Origin: a virus | Lineage: Duplodnaviria; Caudoviricetes | DNA: 64,000 bases | Strand: one strand, 5' to 3' | Virus record (IMG/VR): IMGVR_UViG_3300010429_001883 | Coordinates: 64,001-128,000 of that record | In this document: positions 29,354-38,971 of the stretch, in pieces | How the letters are laid out: each line of letters starts with the position of its first letter | How positions within the stretch are numbered: the stretch's first letter is position 1 | Program-made: the position numbers and the translations under genes | The notes under the pieces: generated by a model | What the model saw: only the letters and a program-made list of their open reading frames with translations | What the model was told of the DNA's origin: nothing | Databases searched by the model: none

Positions 29354-29374
29354 GTCTAACTAACTCAAGTTAAT

Positions 29375-29409
29375 ATAAAAGGCGGCACTAGTTGCCGCCT
29401 TTTTATTTT
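29375..29409 (+). terminator. Rho-independent (potentially bidirectional) terminator
   Basis: ATAAAAGGCGGCA-CTAGT-TGCCGCCTTTTTAT. Confidence 0.9.
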
Positions 29410-29412
29410 GAG

Positions 29413-29420
29413 TATACTAT
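29413..29420 (+). promoter_or_regulatory. YATACTAT motif, putative late promoter
   Basis: TATACTAT directly after terminator, ahead of GGGAGG and ATG 29451. Confidence 0.6.
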
Positions 29421-29450
29421 TCTTTTGACCCCAAAAGGGAGGAAAAATAG

Positions 29451-30176
29451 ATGAGTTTAACCATTGTTTCAAATTCCCCAGCAGATGGCGCAGTTGACGT
29501 TGTATTAAGAACTAAGATAACAATAACTTTTAGTGAAGCTGTTGTATCTGCATCAATTAATGATGATACGGTTGTTGTGTATAGTGCTGGCAGCACCGTC
29601 TACCGAGATATTGGTGGTAGCCTGCCTTATGACGCGGATAGTGTATCCGATAGTTATTTAGATACAGATTTTGTTGAAGGTACTTTAACAGTTACTGGAG
29701 CAATTGTAGAATTTACACCCGATAAGCCATTTAAAACAAACACAGTTTATACGATACTGGTGGCTGGTTTTGATACTAGCATAGAAGATTATAAATATGT
29801 TGAGGCTACTGGTGGTGACTTTTTGTCCGAGACCGTTAGATGGTCTTTTACAACAGGGCAACTTGATATTGCTACTCCTCCTGATTCTGCTGTACCTATA
29901 GATTATGATTCTTTGATTGAAGCAATCAGCGAACTAGATGATTCTTCTGTATCCTCAACTGCAACCGTATCCGTTAGCCCAACTAACGGATCATACGGTA
30001 CAATAATAGTTAATGATACTTTATTTACATTCACTTTTGATAATGATGTAGATTTATCTAGTGTTGATGCTTCTGTTTATGTAACGGATTACGATGATCC
30101 ACAACGCAGACGGTATTCCATACCTGTTAAATTTGAACTAGAGGGCACTAAAATATTAAGGGTTAAAATGGTGTAA
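29451..30176 (+). CDS. Ig-like (Big_5-type) domain virion protein
   Basis: SPADGAVDV..RTKITITFSEAV...FTPDKPF..NTVYTI...WSFTTG. Confidence 0.75.
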   Translation: MSLTIVSNSPADGAVDVVLRTKITITFSEAVVSASINDDTVVVYSAGSTVYRDIGGSLPYDADSVSDSYLDTDFVEGTLTVTGAIVEFTPDKPFKTNTVYTILVAGFDTSIEDYKYVEATGGDFLSETVRWSFTTGQLDIATPPDSAVPIDYDSLIEAISELDDSSVSSTATVSVSPTNGSYGTIIVNDTLFTFTFDNDVDLSSVDASVYVTDYDDPQRRRYSIPVKFELEGTKILRVKMV

Positions 30177-30178
30177 CT

Positions 30179-30469
30179 ATGTTTAAACAATTAATACATG
30201 ACTTAATTTCTGATTATGCTGATTATGTTATTCTTGTTCTTTTAATGATTATGTTTTTCTTTGGGTATACTTTTGCACCCGGAGATAATACTTTCTATGA
30301 ACGAATTCTAGACACGCTTATTGGTGCTTTTTTAGGAGTATTTAAATCCCTACATGGAAGAACAAATAATAAGGTTAATGGAGATTTAGCCAAAACTGCC
30401 GCAACAACCAAAGCGAAAACAAAGGCCAGAAATATTAAAGCTAAATCAAAACTATTGGAGAATTCCTAA
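30179..30469 (+). CDS. Small two-TM membrane protein, holin candidate
   Basis: Two hydrophobic helices and a basic C-terminus. Confidence 0.45.
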   Translation: MFKQLIHDLISDYADYVILVLLMIMFFFGYTFAPGDNTFYERILDTLIGAFLGVFKSLHGRTNNKVNGDLAKTAATTKAKTKARNIKAKSKLLENS

Positions 30470-31404
30470 TGATTGTTACACTTACAGCAACATTTGTTCC
30501 AGAAGGAAGTTACTATGGCATAGAGATGGATGAAGTAACTTTGGCTATTAATAACTTTTTAGGAACAACACTGGCATCTTTAAGTTTAACTGGTGGTACT
30601 ATAACCGGGGGTTTGAATTATTCCGGCGTGCAATACACGGTTGATTATGATACTGGCGGCTCTCTTGGTCCCTATTTGACAACAGAGTGGACAGGTTATT
30701 ATGATAATGATATTTATTCTGTTACTGGTAAAGTTCCACTTGTTCCAGATAATACAAAAGTTTGCATTGTATTTAACGACCCAGTACTTGATACAGACGG
30801 AGTTGCTGCAATACCGAAAGATACTACTTATTGTTATGCAACGAGTTTTGATCCATTTTATATTTCTGTAGATTACTTTAGATCGTCTACTTATGATCTA
30901 TTTACTTCTGCTACTGATTTAGAATTAGCCATAGAAATATGGATGGCTTCTAAAGAAGCCGATGCAGAAACATTTTGTGATCCAGATCCAGATGGAGTAG
31001 AGTATCCTTATTTTGAATATGCAAGACAACAGTATGTTTTGCTTAAACCCCTCGTACGTGGTATTCAATATATTTTATCTAGTGGCGCCAATAGCGTGAC
31101 TAAACGTTTGGCAGATTTAGAAATAAGCGTTGAACGTGGTTCTGGAATGAGCGTTAGAGATGCTTTTAAAGACTGGGCCACAATGCTTAAAGATTTAAGA
31201 ACAGTATTAAATAGTTGTGGTGAATTGTCTGCGGGGGCTAGTGTAGGTATTCAAGTTGGTAGGATTGCTAATGATTATGATTGGTCTAAGTTTGGTCGAT
31301 ATTTCCAAACATACGTTCCTGCATTAGGTATGGACTTTTATCCAATACCTGTTAAACACAACCACCTATTTACAGACCCATACAGCACTTACTGGATATA
31401 TTAA
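30469..31404 (+). CDS. Probable head-tail adaptor/neck protein
   Basis: Position; ARQQYV...KRLADLEIS pattern. Confidence 0.5.
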   Translation: MIVTLTATFVPEGSYYGIEMDEVTLAINNFLGTTLASLSLTGGTITGGLNYSGVQYTVDYDTGGSLGPYLTTEWTGYYDNDIYSVTGKVPLVPDNTKVCIVFNDPVLDTDGVAAIPKDTTYCYATSFDPFYISVDYFRSSTYDLFTSATDLELAIEIWMASKEADAETFCDPDPDGVEYPYFEYARQQYVLLKPLVRGIQYILSSGANSVTKRLADLEISVERGSGMSVRDAFKDWATMLKDLRTVLNSCGELSAGASVGIQVGRIANDYDWSKFGRYFQTYVPALGMDFYPIPVKHNHLFTDPYSTYWIY

Positions 31405-31406
31405 TT

Positions 31407-31973
31407 ATGGCAGCAACAATTATTGATTTAAGGGCTGAACTGATTAAAATACTTGATGGAGATGAATATAATGTTGGTGTATCAATTCCAGTAATTTTGC
31501 GCGTTGTTGACAAACAAAACCGATGTCCATGTAATACTGCAGATACTGGGGATAGGCTTGATTCGGATTGTACTTACTGTGACAATGAGGGATTTTTGTG
31601 GACAGAGTATGTTGCTAAAGCTTATATGGCTCAAACATCTAATACCTTATCTTCTTATGGAACAACTAAATTAGATGATATTTATAAACCAAACCTAGTA
31701 GATCAAAATGATACGGCTGTCGTCTTCCTAAGGTATTCAAATACACCGCCTAAGATCGGTGACAGCATGTATCAAATTAGGCTAAATTCTGACGGATCTG
31801 TATACTATCGTATTGATTCAGAGGGTAATAGATATTTTGAAAGACTTGTAAGGTGGATTATTAAAGAATCAACAAGGGTTTACGGTGATAACGGTGAGTT
31901 AATTTATTATCGCGCTGTGGTCAAAAAAGACCAAACTTGGTTTGAAAATTTTGCCGGAAATAAAAAATACTAA
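31407..31973 (+). CDS. Probable head closure/neck protein
   Basis: CPC...CTYCDNEGFLW motif typical of large-myovirus neck proteins. Confidence 0.55.
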   Translation: MAATIIDLRAELIKILDGDEYNVGVSIPVILRVVDKQNRCPCNTADTGDRLDSDCTYCDNEGFLWTEYVAKAYMAQTSNTLSSYGTTKLDDIYKPNLVDQNDTAVVFLRYSNTPPKIGDSMYQIRLNSDGSVYYRIDSEGNRYFERLVRWIIKESTRVYGDNGELIYYRAVVKKDQTWFENFAGNKKY

Positions 31974-32653
31974 TGACAGATATTGATATTGGCAGCATGC
32001 ATATAGAAACAAGAGAGCCCCTAAAGGGTGATCGAGTTTCTTATTATTGTAGAGATCGTCAACGGACGATTGATACTGCTAAGGATATCGATAGGTTCTT
32101 TGAAACAATTTATAAGGCCCTACAAGATTACTATGAAGTAAATAGGGTTATTGCACAAGACAGATTTATTTTTGTGCCCCGTTACCCATCACAAATGAGT
32201 GCTGACGAACTAAAGGATAAGCCCTTCAACTATATAACTTATAGATTAGTTCACCGTCAGCCTGGGCCGTTATGTAAAACTGCTGGAGGACGCCGAAACG
32301 CCCCTTTCCAATTCGACAGCAGCCAAGACCCGAATTATGCTGGATATGTGCTTACAGATGATGTAACTTGGAGAGATAATCTTGTTCAGTTTGATATTCA
32401 AAGCACATCCAGTGCTCTCGCTGATGAGTTTGCTCTATGGTTTGAAAATAATTTTTTCAGATCATATAAAGGAACTTTTGAGCGAACCGGGTTTCAACAG
32501 ATGTTCTTTAAGGAACGGCTAGAGGATCGAGTAGACCTTGTTTACGATAAGGCTGTCTATGTTCGACCTCTTCGATACAAGGTAAGTACTCAAATTGTGA
32601 TAACAAAGAGTATGAAAACGCTCGATTCTATTGAGCACACCTACGAACTTTAA
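31973..32653 (+). CDS. Probable tail completion/terminator protein
   Basis: DNLVQFDI...ADEFALWFE...RPLRYKV; directly upstream of sheath. Confidence 0.5.
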   Translation: MTDIDIGSMHIETREPLKGDRVSYYCRDRQRTIDTAKDIDRFFETIYKALQDYYEVNRVIAQDRFIFVPRYPSQMSADELKDKPFNYITYRLVHRQPGPLCKTAGGRRNAPFQFDSSQDPNYAGYVLTDDVTWRDNLVQFDIQSTSSALADEFALWFENNFFRSYKGTFERTGFQQMFFKERLEDRVDLVYDKAVYVRPLRYKVSTQIVITKSMKTLDSIEHTYEL

Positions 32654-32668
32654 AGTGGAGGAAATTAA

Positions 32669-34582
32669 ATGGCTGATTATACTAGATTGCCCGGTGTATA
32701 TGTAAAAATTAATGATGGTGGTCTTCGTGTAACTCCTCCAGTCAGCACCGCTCCACGTGTACTGATTATTGGAACAGCCGGGAAGGGTCCTGCCTATATG
32801 CCAATTGAACCATTGAGCATGGTTAGGGCCAAAACAACTTTTGGAAGCTCTGGCAGCTTACTTCAGAAATATGCTGAGGCTATTGCGGGCGGCGCGGAAA
32901 ACGTAACACTTTTCCGTGTTGGTTCAGAGGCTTCTACAATAACCGGTGTCGGTTATGTAAGTGCTGAAAGTCCTGGTTTGACTGTTACATTTGAAGATCA
33001 TTCTCCTACTATCGGAGATGATTACTATATTGGTTACAGGGCGGGTATACTTGAAGTTTATACTTCTAGAGGTACCACCGTGTATAGTAATGATCCTGAT
33101 GATCCGATAGATCTTCGGGTAGTTAGTATTAGTGGCACCAACACAAATGCTGGATCAGATATTTTAACTTCTGGCACAACGGTAGATTTCGATCATGCCG
33201 TGTTAGTTGATGATTTATCTGTATCCGATGTTACCTTTACATTAGGTGACGATGGCGTTGATATTAGTAATAGACGTTTGTTTGAAGTATGTTATACTGC
33301 ATTTGCCTTACTGGATGGCTATGATTCAGATATTGTTGTCATAGCTGGTGCTTATGCAGATAACCCAAACGTAGCTTACTATGAAACTTCTGTTACTGGA
33401 TCTGTTACCTCTGTGGTAGAAAATTATCCAGTAGGAGATACTAGTGTGTTGGGTTGGTTTAGAGCCGATTCTAACATTAACTCTAGCGAACTTTATGACT
33501 ATTATTGGTCTGAAGAAGTTTGGACAGACGCTGGAGCCATGGCTGTTAGTGCCCTAGATGCTACCTATCTAGCTAACTATGCCGCTGATCCCGATACTTA
33601 TCCTATCACGTTTGCTTCTGCTGCGGATAGAATTGCTAAGGGTTTCAGAGAAGTTAGCTTTGCCTATTTGTTAGCAAATTATTGCTATCAGATGACTAAA
33701 AATAACAATGAAATGATTGGCGTAATTGCCATTCGTGGACCTCGTGATACAAGTGGCAGATCTTCTGCTAAGCTGTATGATGTTAATCGGTGGGTCGGTG
33801 TAATGCCGACTTACAATGATGCTGGCGTTGTCACCAATGACGGCAGCGGCTTGCTTGCCTTCCCACTAACAATGGGTTGTTCTGCTTCTAGACTTAATAA
33901 TCTAGTGCTTGGACAAACAGAAGGCCGCATTCCTGGCATCTTTGCTACCGATGATGAATACATCGATGGTACTGTTCTGTATGACGATAACAACTTTAAA
34001 ATTGATATCGGTGCATATATTAGTATCGTTGGTGAGCATCCAATGATTGTAATTGGTAATTATCCGTATGTTGGACCTATTGATGGTCTTTATGCTGGTA
34101 TGATCTCTCTGTTGGACCCGAAAGATGCTCCAACATTTAAGCCTCTTGGCAGTGTCAAGAAGCGCTGGAGATTAAGCAAAGCCAAGCACGATGAGCTTAT
34201 CCAAGCTAAGATTGTGTTGATGGACGATGTTCCGATTAAGGGGTATGCGATTGTTGATGCCATGACGGCTGCTACAGACGATTCTGATTTCCGTAGACTA
34301 ACAACAGTTCGTATTCTTCACTTAGTTAGCCAGCGTATGCGGGCAGTGACAATTCCTTTTATTGGTACTGCTGCGCTGATTACTCCGAAGAAAATTGCTT
34401 TGGCTACAGCGATTGAAGGTGAATATGCCAAACTAGCCAAACGTGGATATCTATCGGATTATCAGTTTGAAATTGAAATTAGCAAGTATGACCAGGTTAA
34501 TGGTAACGTTAAAATTTACCACACCTTCATACCCGCTTTGGAAACTCGTAGAATTACCCATACCTACCAGTTTACGATCTAA
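32669..34582 (+). CDS. Tail sheath protein
   Basis: LPGVYVKIND, VLIIGTA.KGP, DFRRLTTVRI, FIPALETRRI. Confidence 0.88.
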   Translation: MADYTRLPGVYVKINDGGLRVTPPVSTAPRVLIIGTAGKGPAYMPIEPLSMVRAKTTFGSSGSLLQKYAEAIAGGAENVTLFRVGSEASTITGVGYVSAESPGLTVTFEDHSPTIGDDYYIGYRAGILEVYTSRGTTVYSNDPDDPIDLRVVSISGTNTNAGSDILTSGTTVDFDHAVLVDDLSVSDVTFTLGDDGVDISNRRLFEVCYTAFALLDGYDSDIVVIAGAYADNPNVAYYETSVTGSVTSVVENYPVGDTSVLGWFRADSNINSSELYDYYWSEEVWTDAGAMAVSALDATYLANYAADPDTYPITFASAADRIAKGFREVSFAYLLANYCYQMTKNNNEMIGVIAIRGPRDTSGRSSAKLYDVNRWVGVMPTYNDAGVVTNDGSGLLAFPLTMGCSASRLNNLVLGQTEGRIPGIFATDDEYIDGTVLYDDNNFKIDIGAYISIVGEHPMIVIGNYPYVGPIDGLYAGMISLLDPKDAPTFKPLGSVKKRWRLSKAKHDELIQAKIVLMDDVPIKGYAIVDAMTAATDDSDFRRLTTVRILHLVSQRMRAVTIPFIGTAALITPKKIALATAIEGEYAKLAKRGYLSDYQFEIEISKYDQVNGNVKIYHTFIPALETRRITHTYQFTI

Positions 34583-34586
34583 AAGT

Positions 34587-34619
34587 AATTGGGAGCTCCT
34601 TTTTGGGGAGCTCCCAATT
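34587..34619 (+). terminator. Hairpin/terminator after sheath gene
   Basis: AATTGGGAGCTCC-N7-GGAGCTCCCAATT. Confidence 0.75.
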
Positions 34620-34621
34620 TA

Positions 34622-34629
34622 CATACTAT
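34622..34629 (+). promoter_or_regulatory. YATACTAT motif, putative late promoter
   Basis: CATACTAT just after hairpin, ahead of AGGAGG and ATG 34675. Confidence 0.55.
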
Positions 34630-34674
34630 GGGTACTGAAGGGGTTAACACCCTAATTTCTTAGGAGGTTTGAAT

Positions 34675-35451
34675 ATGGCAAGAATAGGACGAGGAGTTAC
34701 CGGTGGTGGTCAGAAATACTCCGAGTTCCAGAGAGGGTATAACTCCTTTTCTGGTGCAGATATTAAGGCCATGTTCGCTGGCGTAGCTTTTAGCGAACTT
34801 CAAGCCCTTTCTTATTCTATCGAGCGTGAAAAAGCTGGTATATGGACTTTGGGGCAAGTAAACCCCCGCTCATTCTCGCGTGGTAAAAGGGCTATTGCTG
34901 GTACATGTGTTGCTTTAAATTTTGATCGCCATCCGTTACTAGATCTATTTGACTACACTGGTGGTTACTTCATGTCCGATGTGGATGATATTCGTCCGGA
35001 TTGGAAGAACCCAGATGATTTAGATAGTTTTAATCTTTATTCGTCTGCTGTTGTTAATGAGGAAGGTTACGTTGATGGTGCTACCTGGGGACAGGTAGCA
35101 AGTCAGTATACATCGAACCCAGGTGACATGCCGGGGCCAGAAACTGTAGCTGCATTCCAAGAGAGTGCAGTGACTTCTCCTTATGATGATCAAAGACCTG
35201 CCAAAGTGTGGCACGTAGATCAGATCATGCCATTTAACATTGCTGTTGCTGCTGCCAACGAATATGGCCACGCAGCCAGCATGAAAATCTATGGTGTTGA
35301 ATTACTAAATGAAACATCTGGATTTTCTGTGGATGACATGGTAGTTGAAACAAGCTGGACATTCGTAGCCAGAGAAATAGGTCCGTGGCAACCTAGCCTA
35401 GATTCTGCTGCCCAAGCGGCCAGGCTGTTTGCCATGAACAACGTAACATAA
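34675..35451 (+). CDS. Tail tube-like protein (paralog 1)
   Basis: Follows sheath; SFSGADI, RSFSRGKRAIAGT, DQIMPFNI, NEYG, IYGVELLNE, TFVAR. Confidence 0.7.
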   Translation: MARIGRGVTGGGQKYSEFQRGYNSFSGADIKAMFAGVAFSELQALSYSIEREKAGIWTLGQVNPRSFSRGKRAIAGTCVALNFDRHPLLDLFDYTGGYFMSDVDDIRPDWKNPDDLDSFNLYSSAVVNEEGYVDGATWGQVASQYTSNPGDMPGPETVAAFQESAVTSPYDDQRPAKVWHVDQIMPFNIAVAAANEYGHAASMKIYGVELLNETSGFSVDDMVVETSWTFVAREIGPWQPSLDSAAQAARLFAMNNVT

Positions 35452-35462
35452 TTAGTTTTTGC

Positions 35463-35517
35463 TTGACTTTTCTTTTGGGGTGAGCTACTATGTTAGTAGC
35501 CACCCCTTTTCTTTTGG
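35463..35517 (+). promoter_or_regulatory. Sigma70-type promoter overlapping a terminator-like hairpin
   Basis: TTGACT-17-TACTAT; hairpin 35477-35506 followed by TTTTCTTTT. Confidence 0.65.
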
Positions 35518-35524
35518 AGGAGTT

Positions 35525-35821
35525 ATGGAGAATCTTGTTTTGTATTGTTTAATTGGATCTGGTGCAACCCATGTATTAACACAAGGATTTGTTTTTGAGT
35601 GGTTAAGAAAATATTTTTATGAAAAATACCCAAACAGTTTAGGTTATTTATTTTATTGTCCAATGTGTACAGGATTTTGGGTAGGAGCTATAATGGCTTT
35701 TATACCTCTTCAGCTTTTAGATATAGACCCCATATCTAGTGGGTTTATGATTTCCATAACATCTGCACTTACGTCTGGTTTATCTGATATGATGAGTAGA
35801 ATAAGTTCCAAGGAGGATTGA
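35525..35821 (+). CDS. DUF1360-like membrane protein
   Basis: LFYCPMCTGFWVG; ATG 35525 after GGAGGAG. Confidence 0.65.
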   Translation: MENLVLYCLIGSGATHVLTQGFVFEWLRKYFYEKYPNSLGYLFYCPMCTGFWVGAIMAFIPLQLLDIDPISSGFMISITSALTSGLSDMMSRISSKED

Positions 35822-36462
35822 TGTTTATTGTCTTTGAGGGAACAGATGGCACAGGTAAAACATCTTATATAAGAAAACTAAGTGAGTGGTTAAACACCCG
35901 AGGGCTAGATGTTATAAGCACTAGATTACCTGGAGGTACGATATTAGGTCAAAAAATTAGGGAACTGCTATTTGGGGAAGAAGTTAATACAAAGATATTA
36001 CATAGAGCGTCTAGCTCATTACTTTATGCCGCTGATTTTTTAGAAACACAGTTGAAGATTATAAAGCCGGCGCTGGAGGCCGGCAGAATTGTTTTATGTG
36101 ACAGGTGGTGCATATCTGAAACTGCCTATAATGATGGATATGATAATTATCCTGACTGGCATAAAAGAGTAATTGATACATATTTAGGCCTAGAAATTGT
36201 TCCTCCAGATTATATTGTGTTTCTAACCGCTACTCCTGAAGTCATATCTAAAAGGCTGTCTAATAGGGCCAACATTGATAAAAAGCAAGAAGGGAAGCTT
36301 TGGGGCAACTTGGAAAAGCTTGTAAATATTCAACATAAGTATGAAACTATACTTTCTAATGATCCCAGAGTACTTCAATTTGACACTTCAAACGACCATA
36401 CTATAGAATTATGGAAAGACGTGGCCAAAGCCACGTTTCCAGAGTTATACAGTATGGAGTAA
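35818..36462 (+). CDS. tmk: Thymidylate kinase
   Basis: FIVFEGTDGTGKTS, TRLPGGT, VLCDRW, PDYIVFL (start may be ATG 35821). Confidence 0.92.
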   Translation: MMFIVFEGTDGTGKTSYIRKLSEWLNTRGLDVISTRLPGGTILGQKIRELLFGEEVNTKILHRASSSLLYAADFLETQLKIIKPALEAGRIVLCDRWCISETAYNDGYDNYPDWHKRVIDTYLGLEIVPPDYIVFLTATPEVISKRLSNRANIDKKQEGKLWGNLEKLVNIQHKYETILSNDPRVLQFDTSNDHTIELWKDVAKATFPELYSME

Positions 36463-36465
36463 ACT

Positions 36466-37671
36466 ATGCCATTTAATTTTAATTGGTTTTCTAATTATAG
36501 GCTTCCAACTTCGGTTGCCCAGGCTATTGCTTCCTCATATATACCTGGGATTGATGAAGCTGAAAGCGAATTTAATCGTTCAGCTTTTCTACTAGAGCAT
36601 TTTGAACAAGAAAGACTTCGGAGAAAGAAACATAGGACTATAACACAGGTTGATACAAATACGAACTGGTTATCCCACGCATTTTCTGGGCAAGATGTAA
36701 GAATATATGTTTTTATTACTCCAACAGACGATGAAAATCCAGAACAACCAGAAAGCGTTGATAGAGGTACAACGACCCAGGCTGGAACCAATAGTTCTAG
36801 TGGTGGGGCACCGGACTTGTCTGATAAAGTTGATACCGAGAAGGCAAAGGCACTAAGAGACCCAATATATAGTGAAGCTGCTAATAATATTTGGGCTGGC
36901 ATGGATGAGGAGGCTTTGGCTCAATTTGTAAATAGTAATGAGAGAACTTATGTAGAAGAAGAACCTCCTAGTGAATTAGTAGATACTTTAGCTGATGAGG
37001 AGAAAACAAAAAGAGAGATTTGGGATGCACTTTTTCCTGATGAAAAAATGTCTGTTTTAGTAAGTGAACTGTCAAGTTCTTTTTTATGTTTAGCATCTGC
37101 TAATAATATGACGTTCTCATCCTTTAGAGCTAAACCACAGGCAAGGCCAATAGGGCATGTTAATCCTAAAGGGTATGCTCGTGGCACGCGCACAATTGCT
37201 GGAACACTGGTTACTGTTACTTTTGATAGAGATGTTTTGTATAAATTGATATCTTCTATGGATCAAGACAGGGTTAATCAAACATATGACTATCATAACA
37301 TCGATCAATTACCACAAATATCTTTTATTATAACGGGGAATAATGAATACGGAATGGGGTTTTTTAGGATATTGCACGGCGTGGAATTTCTGTCTGAAGA
37401 TGCGTCTTATGGGAGTAATGATTTAGTTCTATATCAAACGCTACAATTTGTTGCTTTAGATGCCACACCAATAATCCCATTAGAGGGGTATGATTTATCT
37501 GATGATCCAGAATCAATGTCTGTTATAAGAAAATTTGTTGGTAAAATGGATTCAGGGTATTTTAACCGAATAACTGGTAATAAAGAAGCCGCAAAAGCAG
37601 TTAAATATGAGGATGTGTTTACCGCCAAGTACGCTTCTGCATTTGATGTTCTTTATAGGAGAGATATATGA
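36466..37671 (+). CDS. Tail tube-like protein (paralog 2) with acidic insertion
   Basis: FSGQDV, KGYARGTRTIAGTL, FDR, DQLP, NEYG, LHGVEF, QFVA shared with 34675-35451. Confidence 0.65.
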   Translation: MPFNFNWFSNYRLPTSVAQAIASSYIPGIDEAESEFNRSAFLLEHFEQERLRRKKHRTITQVDTNTNWLSHAFSGQDVRIYVFITPTDDENPEQPESVDRGTTTQAGTNSSSGGAPDLSDKVDTEKAKALRDPIYSEAANNIWAGMDEEALAQFVNSNERTYVEEEPPSELVDTLADEEKTKREIWDALFPDEKMSVLVSELSSSFLCLASANNMTFSSFRAKPQARPIGHVNPKGYARGTRTIAGTLVTVTFDRDVLYKLISSMDQDRVNQTYDYHNIDQLPQISFIITGNNEYGMGFFRILHGVEFLSEDASYGSNDLVLYQTLQFVALDATPIIPLEGYDLSDDPESMSVIRKFVGKMDSGYFNRITGNKEAAKAVKYEDVFTAKYASAFDVLYRRDI

Positions 37672-38399
37672 GTAAATATTTTACTGCGGCGCAAAGCACA
37701 ATTTACATTAACTCTATATTAGCTGATGAAATATTTGCCGTAAGTTATAATGAAACTTCTAATACAGTGCCTGTTTATGGTTATGCATCACGTAAATTTG
37801 ATGCCGTAGTGCGTGGAAAGAGTATAGTAGAAGGAACTATCTTTGTTTATCATAATAAAGCTAAATATTTTTGGGTGTTGCTGTCGGAGGCTATTCTAGA
37901 GTTTGTTAATGGTAATAAAGAATTAGAAACTAAAAAGTCTGGTTTTGAAACAACTCTTAGGGAGTTGGCATCTGGAGTTAAAACCGGCAGCATTAGTGAA
38001 TCTGATGCCGCTAAAAAATTGAGTGCGTTAATTGATAGTTCTCCGGCTGATTTAGATATTTTATTGCCAACGGCTCAAAGTATATTTAATAATGAATTTG
38101 CATCAATACGTCCTAAAAATAATCCAAGAAAGGCTTATGGCGAAGATATAATGGATGTTTTAACTCAGCATGCTGGCGGCACAACGTCAGCCAGATATCT
38201 ATCAGAGGTTGACATAGCTGGACCATTTAGACTTAGCATAAATACAGGACTAATTGGCAGTAAGAATGATCAGCGACCACTTTTAGTGGACGGAGTGAAT
38301 GATTGTTTTATTACCGGTAAGGGTACAGATATAGCAAATGATGATAAGATTTTATATAAGGCATATACCTTTTTTGGTAGAGAAGAACTAAAAGCATGA
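37668..38399 (+). CDS. Tail tube-like/initiator protein (paralog 3)
   Basis: YFTAAQ, PVYGYAS..FDAVVRGKSIVEGT, YTFFGR. Confidence 0.55.
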   Translation: MSKYFTAAQSTIYINSILADEIFAVSYNETSNTVPVYGYASRKFDAVVRGKSIVEGTIFVYHNKAKYFWVLLSEAILEFVNGNKELETKKSGFETTLRELASGVKTGSISESDAAKKLSALIDSSPADLDILLPTAQSIFNNEFASIRPKNNPRKAYGEDIMDVLTQHAGGTTSARYLSEVDIAGPFRLSINTGLIGSKNDQRPLLVDGVNDCFITGKGTDIANDDKILYKAYTFFGREELKA

Positions 38400-38971
38400 T
38401 AAAAAAGAAGTTATATAGAATGGTTGTTGAAAATAAACTTGATATTGACTTTACACAACCAACATTAAAAACACTAGATCGAGCTAAGACCGATATAGAA
38501 TGGTTACCTTTTCCTATGCGGCACTATCTGTCAGCGCTAGATGTTTTTAGAACCAGTGTGGTAGGTGGCGAAGAAAAAATTAGACAAATGGCGGCAGGCA
38601 CTATCCTTAGCATTGGAATGATAATATTATCATTTTCTGGGTTATTCGCTGATAAAGATAAAATGGACTCTGACTTTAAAAGGGCTAAAGAAAACTGTGG
38701 AAATTACTTTAATCATATACGTAATTTAGCTGCTATTCATTTTGGTTACAAATTTGAAGAGTCTGCCGAATGGGACTACGATAAATTAATAGAGATTGCT
38801 GCAAGGCTAAGTCTTGTCACTTCTCAAGATTTATCTATTAGCAAATTAACTGAAACTAAGAAACCCAGTGCGACAATAAACGCTAACGAGGTTACAATAA
38901 CAAAGGGAGCAGCAATCCCAGAACAAGTAGTTGATTTTCATAATACTAAAACATTTACTAAAGAAAATTAA
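38396..38971 (+). CDS. Hypothetical protein (tail assembly chaperone position)
   Basis: Position between tube genes and giant genes. Confidence 0.45.
   Translation: MIKKKLYRMVVENKLDIDFTQPTLKTLDRAKTDIEWLPFPMRHYLSALDVFRTSVVGGEEKIRQMAAGTILSIGMIILSFSGLFADKDKMDSDFKRAKENCGNYFNHIRNLAAIHFGYKFEESAEWDYDKLIEIAARLSLVTSQDLSISKLTETKKPSATINANEVTITKGAAIPEQVVDFHNTKTFTKEN

Noticed and set aside
35459-35524. N-terminal extension of the DUF1360-like ORF from TTG 35459
   Set aside because: Region is occupied by the promoter/hairpin; the SD supports ATG 35525
38396-38971. Programmed frameshift in tail assembly chaperone
   Set aside because: No convincing slippery site with a downstream alternative ORF identified
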